Assembly (NCBI GenBank): GCA_030295235.1
Contig: AP026176.1
Location: 310,001-374,000, forward strand
From: Fistulifera solaris
Lineage: Eukaryota
Length of the DNA stretch: 64,000 nucleotides
Direction of reading: 5' to 3'
Below are positions 23,614 to 34,567 of this stretch, in pieces (the stretch's first letter is position 1; each line of letters begins with the position of its first letter). The position numbers and the translations under genes are program-made. The notes under the pieces were generated by a model. It saw only the letters and a program-made list of their open reading frames with translations, did no database searches and was not told the DNA's origin.

Positions 23614-24162
23614 GGTATCAGCATCCTACGCTTGATAAATAACAAATATGAATTGGAAAGGAATCTTTCTTGATGTTTCGAATATTTTGAACGAACGATC
23701 TATGAAAAGGAACAATTTTGATTGTTCTGCGATTTTTCGGTGGAGTTTCATGTTTCGAGTGATGTCAGTCGTGAACTCTTCGCGGTCGGAGAGTTTCGTG
23801 TTTTACGGTTTTTACTTAACGGAACAAAAGACACACAACGGAAAAGGACATCTCGTTGTACGTCTGCATTTCTTTCGAAAGAAATGTTCCTCCGCTTGAT
23901 GCCGTTTCTTTGTTATGCTTGGTTCTGATCCGTCTGCCGCAAGGAAATGGTCTGCCGGACACCTTCAACTCGCAGCTAATCATTAACCAACATCCTTGCC
24001 CTCAAAAGTTGCTTTTGTTTAATGTTTATCAACTAAGGTGTTTTTTAAGTAGTTTGGCATATCATAGAATTGAACGCCGCCGATGAATACCTTTTGAGGC
24101 AAACATCGACGGCGTTGTTCCGTTCGGCGAACTCCGAAAAGTCCACTGATGCTACAACCATC

Positions 24163-25147
24163 ATGATCGATAATACACAACACGTGTACATTCGAGTCAC
24201 GTTAAAACGAAGCCGGATCACAGCACAATGCCGCCCCGCCGTATTGTCGGCCTGCCCCGAAATTTTGCAAGATCTCGATGACGATCTCTGCGAATGTCTC
24301 CGCCTCTTACCCAAGAGCGTTCATCCGTTGATTCGACGCACGTGCATCTGGATCAACTCACAATATGCCGTGGGTCCTATCGATCAGCCGGTGGCTTTGG
24401 CACATGCGACAGCGCATCATCATCGTGCGTGGTTACTATGGGCGAAGGATTGTCCGGACAAACAGCATGGAATTGAGATTTACAACTGCTTTTCGTACCG
24501 CAAGATGCGATGGCACTGGAATGGATGTGGATTAATACTTCATGAATTGTGTCACTTGATTCATCAATTTGCTCTCGGTCTCGATAACTCGATGATTCGC
24601 GATGCTTATCAAAAGGCAAAACTCTCGGAGAAATATGAACAGGTGCTTCGACGAGACTGGGCTGGTTTGCCGATTGACTGCGATTTGGCTTACGCTGTAA
24701 GTGCACCATTGCGCTTCGTTTATTCATGAGTTTCTGAAGCTAACGCTTTCATTCTCGCAGATGGTGGACGAACGAGAATTTTTCGCGGAACTCTCTGTGA
24801 CTTATTGGAGTCATCAATACAAAACATTGGACAACGCGAGTCACACAAAAATTCTACAATCGAGTCCTCCATTTTTAGAACCGACTACTCGGGCACGCCT
24901 TGGTTTGAAGCCGCTGGAAAAGAACGAGCATGCACATCATTGCAACAAATTTTATCCCTTTACACGTGGTCAATTACGTCATTATGATGCAGAAACGTGC
25001 CAAGTTTTCGACGCATTGTGGACCGAGATAGCGGGCTGGGAAGATCCGTTTGTAGTGGAAAACGATTGTTATTGTTGGCATCCGTTTCAGTCCAGCGAGA
25101 AGATAAGCGTTCTCGTCGGCCCTATCAGCGACACGGTGGATCTCTAA
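24163..25147 (+). CDS. Zincin-like metallopeptidase-domain protein; intron 24697-24760
   Basis: LILHELCH (HExxH), followed after splicing by YAMVDEREFFAELS (third-ligand Glu) and FYPFTR. Confidence 0.75.
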
Positions 25148-25158
25148 ATGCGGTCTAT

Positions 25159-26411
25159 TCACTTGTTTCTCCAATCATCGCGAAAAAATACAACTTGCTC
25201 GTTGTCTAGGGTGTCGTCTCCGTATCGCACGATCGAATACCACTCGGGTGTTTCCTCTGACTGCAATCGATAGTCGTACATGAGTTCCTCATTTTCAAGA
25301 TCACGTCGACTAATTAGACAAAGTCCATGCATCAAAATCGGTTCCGGCAGAAAGAATTGGCTTTGCCACCCCAAGGGCCTAGCATAGCTATTGGGAATGT
25401 ACTTGACGAGCTGTTCCTGCGATTGGAAAGTACGCTCCGTGTAATTCAACATGGAGCAATGGCAATTGGGGAAACCGTCCACCGGAGGGTGATTGACCAT
25501 GTGACCCAACGCCCACGGGTTCATGGATCCTTCTCGATTGAGAACAATAACGGGTGAATTTCGACTATCAATCACATAATCATCAAACCGCAACGATATT
25601 TGACAATCTTCGTCTCCGTCGTCAAAATGATGCATAACTTCTGGATCGCTGGTCACCAAATGCTCTTTGCACCAAACTTCGCCGGGCTGAAAGGCTATCA
25701 ATGAACCGAGTGGTACTTTTCCGTCTACAAAACAACCGCGACCCGCATTTGGAATGAGCGAAGGTAAAATCCATAAGGAGTATCCCAATTCTTTTTTAAT
25801 CTTTGCGGAGCGACAGGCGTTTATGAGTTGAAAGGAGCGGATTCGTGCCAATGTATCTTCTGACACAACTTTGGCTAGATCTGTCCCAAGTGCATCGAAT
25901 CCATCAATTCGTTCTGTCGGTCTTTCTTCCGGATAAAGTAAAAGTTGCAGGGCATTCTTTTTCGTTGCAAAAACTCCTCGTGTCGTCGTTGTTTCGCCGA
26001 ATCATCATCAGTTTGATTTTGTACTCGAATCAATTCATTTTCGGTCACTCCTATTTCCTGGTTCACAATCCTTTGTAGTTCGTGAATGTTTTGAGTATCC
26101 AACGTTGCATCAACGCGATTAAATGCTTGCAAAATCGTCATCAAGTCGGGCTCCAGACGACGTTGCACTTCTTGTCGCAATTGTGCATTCGTCAGGGTAT
26201 CAAAAGAGTGAAACGAGGCAGCGGCTTCGCGGGTCGTGATTCCTTGTTGTTTCGCTTCCGTCAAGAGAAGCGTCAAATACAAGTAGTTGCGCTCCAATAT
26301 TTTTTGTGGATTCCGATGATCGTCGCCTTGCAAAATGTCTTTGAGCATGCGCCAAAAAGGACGAGGATGAGTGCCGTGATAATGCCGTTTAACAATAAAT
26401 GGACGCAGCAT
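25159..26411 (-). CDS. SET-domain protein (SETD9-like); frameshift in an A-run near 25960
   Basis: PSLIPNAGRGCFVDG, NPWALGHMVNHPP and EELMYDY. The upstream ORF joins after one A is restored. Confidence 0.78.
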
Positions 26412-26771
26412 AGGATAACAAAGGGAAGCAAAGTAATGATAGTCATTCAAAGTCGAATGTAAAGAATGATGAAGAATCATCGCAACAACAATACTTGTAA
26501 CATGCATTACTTCTTTGTTCGCCCTCCATCCATCACACCGACCGACAGCAAGACGTCATTTAAGCCGACGTGCGTGCGCGCGCGCGTTAACACGGATTAT
26601 ATAGAGAGGAACAGGACGTGCGTGAATTTATCCGTTTCAGCAACGGTTTCATTAAGCCCTCATTCACTCACTTCTTATTTCGTCGTCATCCAAGCATGTT
26701 TGTGTTCCTCTCTCTTGTGCTTTACCTATAATCGGACACAACTTATGATCACTAGTTTAACAAGCAACAAA

Positions 26772-27992
26772 ATGCGTCGAAGAAATGTATCTTACACGGC
26801 GACGGAAGAAATGAGACCACAAGAAGATCCGCAATGTCTCGTCGTCGATGTCGAGAAAAGTGTTGATTTCCCGAAAAAAGCGCGTCGGAAGCCAACATCC
26901 TGGCTCCAATGGTGTTGTAGAATATCGACTTATGTGCTTTTATTGAGTATGTTCTTATGGGCGCTGTCGTGGATCCAAATACTCGCGGACGAATATCATT
27001 ATCGTTCGATCCAACGCGTCATGGACAAACGAAGGACCGCTTGTGCACGGCCGGCTTGGCAAAAACTCCAATTCCCCACGTGCAATCTACTTCATGAAAT
27101 TGATTTACCAAATCTCGAAGAACGTCACGCATCAAACAGTTCGCTGGGATTTTTGGCGAATGGTTATTGGCGAGATGTTTGGGCGGTGGATTCGTCTTTC
27201 AACAATGAGACGGCGGTTCTCAAAATTATGCGATTGAAGCACGACATTGATGCCCACAATTTCGATCGACACCGACGCGATGGATTAGTAATGGAACGGT
27301 TGACCGCATCGCCGCACGTCATCGACCCGTACGGCTTTTGCGGCAACAGTGTCTTGACGGAATTTCTTCACAAAACACTCGATAAAGTGGCCAAAGGGCT
27401 GGATCCCAGCTTGGCAAAGTACACCAAGACACGCGTCGATCGATTGCAGTTGGCATTGGGCGCCGCACGGGGACTGGCGGCACTGCACGAGATACCTGGC
27501 GGACCCATCCTTCATGTTGATTTGGGGGCACGGCAGTTTTTGGTGGGCGAAGATGGGACGGTGAAAATCAATGATTTCAATCGCTGTCGGTTCATGGGAT
27601 ATTACAAAACCACCAAGAAGCCCTGCGACTTTCGCATCCAAATCGCTCCGGGAACGGATCGGGCTCCGGAAGAATACCGCGAATTGCCATCTCAAAACGA
27701 AAAACTGGATTTATTCTCTTTTGGGAATGTTTTGTATATCATTTTGACGGGCCGTGAACCGTGGCCGTATTATTATTGGGGTTACGCCGAACCCATCATT
27801 CAACGCTTGATTATCTGGGGCATCAAGCCGAGTCTCCCACAGCGAGTGCGACGCAGCGATCCGGAATTATCCGAACTCATGTACTTGCTGTACGCGTTGA
27901 ATCCAGAGGATCGGCCGAGTGCTTCCGATGTGGTTCGATCAATTGAACGAATATTGGATAAGGAAAATGTAACCTATGCCATAAAAACGTGA
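26772..27992 (+). CDS. Type II membrane protein kinase, PKDCC/VLK-POMK-like
   Basis: TM helix YVLLLSMFLWALSWIQIL precedes the kinase domain: ANGYWRDVW, VLK, HVDLGARQFLV, KINDFN, RAPEE and DLFSFG. Confidence 0.75.
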   Translation: MRRRNVSYTATEEMRPQEDPQCLVVDVEKSVDFPKKARRKPTSWLQWCCRISTYVLLLSMFLWALSWIQILADEYHYRSIQRVMDKRRTACARPAWQKLQFPTCNLLHEIDLPNLEERHASNSSLGFLANGYWRDVWAVDSSFNNETAVLKIMRLKHDIDAHNFDRHRRDGLVMERLTASPHVIDPYGFCGNSVLTEFLHKTLDKVAKGLDPSLAKYTKTRVDRLQLALGAARGLAALHEIPGGPILHVDLGARQFLVGEDGTVKINDFNRCRFMGYYKTTKKPCDFRIQIAPGTDRAPEEYRELPSQNEKLDLFSFGNVLYIILTGREPWPYYYWGYAEPIIQRLIIWGIKPSLPQRVRRSDPELSELMYLLYALNPEDRPSASDVVRSIERILDKENVTYAIKT

Positions 27993-28053
27993 TTTTTATG
28001 GTTTACAAACGTGGCAAAAAATTCATTAAAATTATTGCAGTATTGAGGATTTG

Positions 28054-28755
28054 CTATGCGGCCTTCGCGACTCCAGATGAATCGGATTGATTTTGGAGGG
28101 CGTCACCTGCTGCCACTCGCTCCGCAAACAATCGGGCGTTCTTGCTAAGGATGATGCTGATATTCGACAGTAGCTGGCTCTGTAGCTCGGGCTGGGTGTT
28201 TTCATCACGAAGTCTTGATTGGAGTCGCAGCAGTTGTTGTCGAAGACAGTCACGTCGGCGGTCAAAGAGTCCTGACACACGGCGTTCGAGGCCTCGACAA
28301 GAGTGCTGTGTGACGGAAAGGGCTAGATTCTGTATTTCTTCGTCGTCGACCGAGTCGCCAGATACAAACAATGTCTCGACAGCTTGGACAAATGAATTAT
28401 TGATGTTCCTGCAAGATGCGACTTCCGTTTGAGTATTCATCTGCTTTCTCCTTCTTTCATTTTGTGTGTAGAACAGCGAGCCAGTGGACGTTTCCTCCAG
28501 TGCACGAGGGTAGACGTGCTCTGTACGAAATACTTCACCGGTAGCATCTGTCTTGAAGCTAACTCTCCGCTTAACGATGGCATGCGCTTTACTGACGTGA
28601 CTTCTTCTGGATAATGCCATGCTCACCAACGACATTGGCGGGCAAGTTGCATCCGAAAGCGAAGAGACGGATTTTGTCAGTGATAGCCTACGAAGCGGCT
28701 TGAAAGGAACAGAGTCGAGATGATCCCTTACAGCGTCCATGTTGAGAGAGTCCAT
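28054..28755 (-). CDS. Hypothetical protein with RVxF-like motif
   Basis: 233-aa ATG ORF containing KRRVSF and CRGLERR. No family recognised. Confidence 0.6.
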   Translation of the reverse strand: MDSLNMDAVRDHLDSVPFKPLRRLSLTKSVSSLSDATCPPMSLVSMALSRRSHVSKAHAIVKRRVSFKTDATGEVFRTEHVYPRALEETSTGSLFYTQNERRRKQMNTQTEVASCRNINNSFVQAVETLFVSGDSVDDEEIQNLALSVTQHSCRGLERRVSGLFDRRRDCLRQQLLRLQSRLRDENTQPELQSQLLSNISIILSKNARLFAERVAAGDALQNQSDSSGVAKAA

Positions 28756-29325
28756 GTTGCGAAGTATTATTTCAATTCAGTGGTTGTTTATGCAATATTT
28801 TATGGCATTCGTTATTTCGGAAACACAAATTTGCTTTGATGTTTGCGACTAAGTCGAGTGTTCGTCGTTCGGCGAGATTGCGCCCAATTCTTCAGGTTGA
28901 AATCGTGAAGTGAAAAAGCCATTTGAGTCATTTCAAGTATCACTGAGCAGGATTGAGGAGAGAACAGTTCGCTTTCGTACAATAATAAATAATATAATAG
29001 TAATGGCCTCTATGTCATACAGTCATTATCACCTATGACCGTCCATTCCGTGGCAGGAAGAAAAGAGAAAACGAAATAAGGCCAGCTGCCGTTCCTTCCA
29101 ACTTATTTCGAATAATTTATTGCGAATGCGAACCTACTTTAACGAGAATATTGATTAACCCTCGAAAGTGCAACGTGGCAGCCGTAGGTTTTCTCTTTAT
29201 AAACTCTTGCACAAGGCACAAGGCACAAGACATGCTTTCTTATTGACTTGAGACTTGAGCCTTCAGCATTCAGCACCTGTTCCCTGTTCTCTTTCCTCTT
29301 TCCTGTCAACATTCTGCATTGGCAT

Positions 29326-29896
29326 TATAGTTCGACACATGTTTATTTGGTCAATAAACATAAACTGCATAAACGGTTTATAAACGTGTTTATACGTTTA
29401 CGATTTTTCATAAACCTGTTTATGTCTATAGCGTCTGTACGTGGTACGGGTTTGTGCGTGCATTGTGTGCGTGCGTGAGTCATTAAAGAGCAACCAAATC
29501 ATGGTTATCGAAGCCCTAAGCAATGAACCGGCCACACAACCGTGACATGAATAGCTTGAATAGTTTGAATGTTCTCAAAATCATTCGTTATGCTATGGAT
29601 AGCCGGGTTTCAGATCAATTAAAAGTTCTTTAAATATAGATACGCTGATAAAAACTTGAAAGGGCGCATAAACTACTCCGAGATTCAAACCTCATCATCA
29701 AGACAGTTGTTAACCATGCAAATGTGCAGCAATTTAAGATGCTTAGATACGTTTACAATCATTGAAAGATGGGATAACCTCTGCTGGTGAGAGCGGGACG
29801 AGGGACAGACGATAAACTGCATATTCTTGCATAAACTTGTATAAACTTGCATAAACTGCATACGATTTTTCATAAACATGTTTATGTCGAACTATA
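29326..29896. mobile_element. Non-autonomous DNA transposon (hAT-like MITE), 571 bp
   Basis: Perfect 12-bp TIRs TATAGTTCGACA/TGTCGAACTATA. 8-bp TSD ATTGGCAT at 29318-29325 and 29897-29904. Subterminal ATAAAC arrays at both ends. Confidence 0.88.
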
Positions 29897-30612
29897 ATTG
29901 GCATTCGGCGTTCTTAGCTCGTCTCTCACCGTCTTGGCTTTTTACGTTCTAGTAGCCTATCTACACTTTCTCTAGAAAAAGTCTAAAAACTAGAAACTAG
30001 AGGAAGAGCGAGAGAAAAGAGAAAAGCACTTGAGACCTCAAATTGACACTACTAGTATAGCTATAGATGAACACTAACGACTAACGACTAATGACTTATG
30101 ACTTATGACTAGGTTCTTGGTGTTCGCTCTCTACACTCTAACTTCAGCCAAGAGTCCCTAGCCGCTCCTGATTGTTTCGTACTCCCTCAAAGAGAAGTCG
30201 CAGACTGCACTAGGTACAACTTTGCGCTAACACTGTCTCGAGTCTTGAATCATCACCATGGACCATGGGTGAACAGCGAACTGGGAAAAGGCACCGATCA
30301 GCTGTTAACCACAATTCAGAACCACAAGGCAAGGCATTAAGTCGTAATCAATACCTGTTCTAGCTCGTGACAGTGCCACACTGATCACAACCACATGAAT
30401 CGGGAACGGTGCGTGTATTTTATTTCTGCCAACAGCGTCGCGCCTCACTGTTGCAACTGAAAAAATATCGACACGCAATATCGGCTAAAGCGGCGGATGT
30501 TCGAAAACTTTTTCCTGCTGTCTTGCTGATTGCCGCTGGCATTATACACGCTGGATAGAATGCGTCGACGACAGTGTCAACCAGTATTAACCTTTGACGA
30601 TAACTTCACGTG

Positions 30613-32252
30613 TCAAAAGCCATAGATCATCTTCAGATCAAAATCTTCGGGGATTGACAGCATGGGATCGTAGCCTCCAGCGCGTTTGCAATATCCCATG
30701 AAATATTCCGGATGAAAGCTGCCTTCGTAGTGCTTTTGTTTGTGACCGTGGGCCGCCAACAGCTGTTCCACTTCTTGGCGATAATTAAAATACTGACGAA
30801 ACAGCAGCCCACAAGTCGTGATATTGGTTAGCTCCTTCAAGCGATACACATGCCGCTTGTCACGTGGATTGCGTGGAGTCGGTAATAGACATTCCCAAGG
30901 CTTTTTGCAGGCCGTATAGTGAACCGTGTAGGTTTCGTCCACAGGTAATATCCGACAATCCTGACAAAGACCTTTCTCGGCTGTATTGTTTTCGGGTAAC
31001 ACTCCAGCCGGGGGAAATTGTCGGCATTGACCGTGATGTTCCATGTGATCGGGTCCTCTCCAGATGACATCTGCAACCACTTGATTCCAGCGACAGACAT
31101 CCAGCTCCACCGCATGCCCAGGATAAATTTGATCGTAAAAATACGCCAGTACACCTTGATACGCCATGGCTCCTACAATTCATCGATTTGAAAGTGAGAC
31201 CGACAAAACAATGATTTGCAAATCAGGAATTGGATTTGAATTACGTGTGCCACATACCTTGAAAGCCCCCATAACCCTTTAAAGTTTATAAAACGTAGAT
31301 GTGTGAGAACTTTTTGTTGCGTTAAGATCTAAATTTGCCTTTTTCACAACATACGCACCATGCCTCCCCAACCCGACGTGGGGCCTCTTCCTTTGGTATA
31401 ATTTGCCTCTAGAATGAACTGACGATACATTTCAAAATGCTCCATAGATGGCCGAGCAACCACAAAGCCACCTTGTACCGCTTGTACGGCTTCCCACGGC
31501 GCACTGCTGGTAATATCTCTCGTGAAAAACGCATCGATGCGATCGGGTAATGTTTGATACTGCGGTCGTTGCAGGTGTAATTTCTGGCGCGCCGTCCGAC
31601 CCCGTTCCGAATTTCGGTCGTACAACATGGCATCGTACAAATCATCCATCGGTTTCAAAACGGCAACATCCAAATCCCAATGCACTACGATGGGATATTC
31701 CGTCAATGTATATGCATACAATTTAATGAATTCTTTCGATCCACAACAATTTTCTCCTTCGACGTGCTGTCTGTACCACTCATTGTTGACTGACTGAATA
31801 TCCACCGGTGTATCGTAAACCAAAGGAATGTATCCCAAACGCCGCAAGAGTGGTAGTTGAGCATCACATCCACCTTCCGCATGCACCAGCGCGTACATTT
31901 GATAGCTGTATCGACTGTTCGCTGGAGGGTGATGGACGGAATTTTGATGAATGGAATGCCGCAATATCACCAAAGCATCCCGAAAGCCTTGCACACGATC
32001 GGCACGGTGACACGTAATTAACGAAATGACGTGTGCGATTTTTACGGGTTCGGTGAATGTTTGCGGTGGAGTCTGCACCGCCGAGTGACTGAAAGGATGG
32101 TTTTGAGTCGAAGAATGTAATATGAAGGACATGCCCCAAACTGTAAAGATCGAAAATCCCAACAAAAGCACTAAAAATCCTCGTAACAATGTAGGAACGG
32201 ATGTCTTGTTGGAAGCAGAAGGACGAGGACGCATTATTTCGCGGCGACGCAT
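30613..32252 (-). CDS. GT8-like glycosyltransferase (type II membrane); exons 32252-31359, 31276-31258, 31172-30613
   Basis: N-terminal TM, EFIKLYAYTL, DxD motif HWDLD, QGGFVVARPS, GWGGM-GYGGFQ-GAMAYQG and VHYTACKKPW. Confidence 0.8.
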
Positions 32253-32768
32253 GCTTTTGAGGCCTCGGATACTTGCGAAAGAGCCTCGTTTTCTCTTCTT
32301 TTGCGGACCGTCTCTCTCGCTTTATCTAATTTTCATTCTGTTCAACTATTTCATGTTCTAATGTTCTGGAATATAATTGTATTCTGATTTTATGCAGTCA
32401 TTCTCATCGCGGTCTCGTAGGTTTTATTTTTTGTCGTCTTGCGTCGCGATATGTCATTGTACATCGTCGCTCGTTTTGCATTGGGGATGAGGATTAGGTT
32501 TCTTTATTACTCCAGTATTTTCTTTGCCGAAATGCGTACGTCAGTCAACCGTCCGTCCGTGCGTTTCCCGACAATCTCGTCATCGGTCGAACGCCAAGAA
32601 AAAAAGTGCATCTCGCAAAAGAAGCCGTTGCCGTTGAAGAGAAAGCAACATACAACCATAACTATTCATTGATATCATAGACAAGGAACTAGGTGATTGG
32701 TGATAAACGAGTCAAAGGATCAGGAGTTGGCCGTTTTGTGTTTTTTATCTCTTAAGCTGGTGGCAATT

Positions 32769-33234
32769 ATGACCGCATCGAAACGAGCCACCACCAGCCT
32801 GCAACAAGCTCTCGTTTCGTCGTCGGCTCCGCCCTCTACTTCTCAAAAAGCAGGAGGATTCGAAAGTTGCTTTGCCCAAGGATTGGATCTTTCGGAATTT
32901 GCTGCTCCTTCTTCTTCTACTGCTACAACAGTGAGTCATTCCGCGGCACTCTTACAAATCAAACAATCGGAAGCGGCGCAACAACAAATCGAAGAACAAG
33001 AAGAAGTACGGATGCAACAATTGGTACGCGAACGTGTTCAAGCCGCTCATTCCAAAAAGGAGGATGATCATGGATTGGTGGGTGCATTGATCGGAATGCA
33101 TCGTACCGATCCCTGTGTCACGGAGCGTCGTCATCACCGAAGTAATAAAAAACGAATAATTCAAAGAGAGAAACCGAAACAACCTTCCAAAAAAAGTTCC
33201 AGTGGTCAAGAAAACACAACGGCGGAAGCATTAA
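32769..33234 (+). CDS. Small hypothetical protein with basic C-terminus; probable frameshift in the A-run at ~33190
   Basis: ATG at 32769 and a coiled-coil-like Q/E stretch. The shifted frame ends KKVPVVKKTQRRKH*. Confidence 0.5.
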
Positions 33235-33297
33235 CTTGTAATAATAGAATTCTGTCTCTACTAGCTATTGGATCTTGTATTGACTCTCGTTGGTCGA

Positions 33298-34175
33298 CTA
33301 CGACTGCTGTTTCTTGGAAAACCACTGAAACGTCGTTTGCACCGATCCTCGCACGGGAATCAGTGATTGCGGTTGACCATCGACCGGATTGAGTCTCCAA
33401 GTGGCAGTCACTAACGTGGCGGCAATCGACAACCACACCAAAGTGACCGCGAGTAGTTTTCCCGCCACTGGAACAATTTGAAAATATCGATAGGCCGCAT
33501 AAGCTTTGGAAAGCCATACACACGCGACACCCACGACGGCCGTGCCGTACCGTTGTTCGACATTGTTGATGGTATTCCACGTATCGCCAATCGACAGATG
33601 CAAGACCAAGGCAAGGATCGCCGGATGTGCGTACGAGTGTGTGGCTTGATACACTAAAGAAGAAGCAATAGCGCGAATTGGACCCACCACCAACAGCCAG
33701 ACAATGGGAAAGACGACACCGGGGGTGTCCACGATGGCATGATGCGTTTTTTCTGGTTGGTTGCTTCTAAGCTCTGGACTTGAGGACGCTGATTGGACAG
33801 TGGATTGAAGACACGTGATTTGAGTGCCATGGCATAAAACAAGATAACGTTCAAGGCCATGGGTACCGAACGACCCTGAAGTAGCCAATCGAGACCGGCA
33901 AAGGTCGCCGCAAAGAGGGAGAGTTGCGTCGTGATGGCAATGGCATATTTAATGATAGCATCCGTATCCACGACCGTGGTTGAAATGGCCCCGTTCACAG
34001 GTTCCTCCTGATTATTCGATGTTGTCGAAAACAGAACGGCGTTGAAGGCATTCCTAGAGACGGCGATCCTGGAAACATTTTGTCTTGCTGGTGCCGACGA
34101 CGATCGAGGCGACGATGGGGAAAATCCCACAACCATTGTGGGCACGGCAATCGACAAAAGCCACAACAGTCTCAT
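33298..34175 (-). CDS. TSPO: TspO/MBR-family protein with bipartite presequence; frameshift in the run at ~33722
   Basis: MRLLWLLSIAVPTMVVG|FS, PSWTPP(G)VVFPIVW, LHLSIGDTWN and WLSIAATL, with multiple TM helices. Confidence 0.8.
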
Positions 34176-34567
34176 TTCAAGAAAATAACTAATCAACGCT
34201 ATGTTTTGTCCGTAAAAATGAAGGGTTGTAGGTTATGTTATGTCCGCAATAATGAGATTGTTTTACTGCCGCATCGATTTAGTCAACATAGTCAACAAAA
34301 TAAAATGTTTCACCGGAAAAAGCAGCATATGATGTCATCAAGAAAAAAATAATTTTGCATGGGGGAATTCCAAATTCCTTACCTGTTTCCGTTGGTGAGT
34401 CTCTGTACGACACTTGGCCCGGCACTCTGGACAAACGTTCGAAACGTTCGATGCGAGCGTTTGGCGTGTGTTGCTTCGCAAAAGCAACGCGAGGGCGAGC
34501 GAAGAATCAATCAGAACAATTAACCGTCGTTCCTGTTTGATTGCAACAAAATACTCATTCCCCTAAC

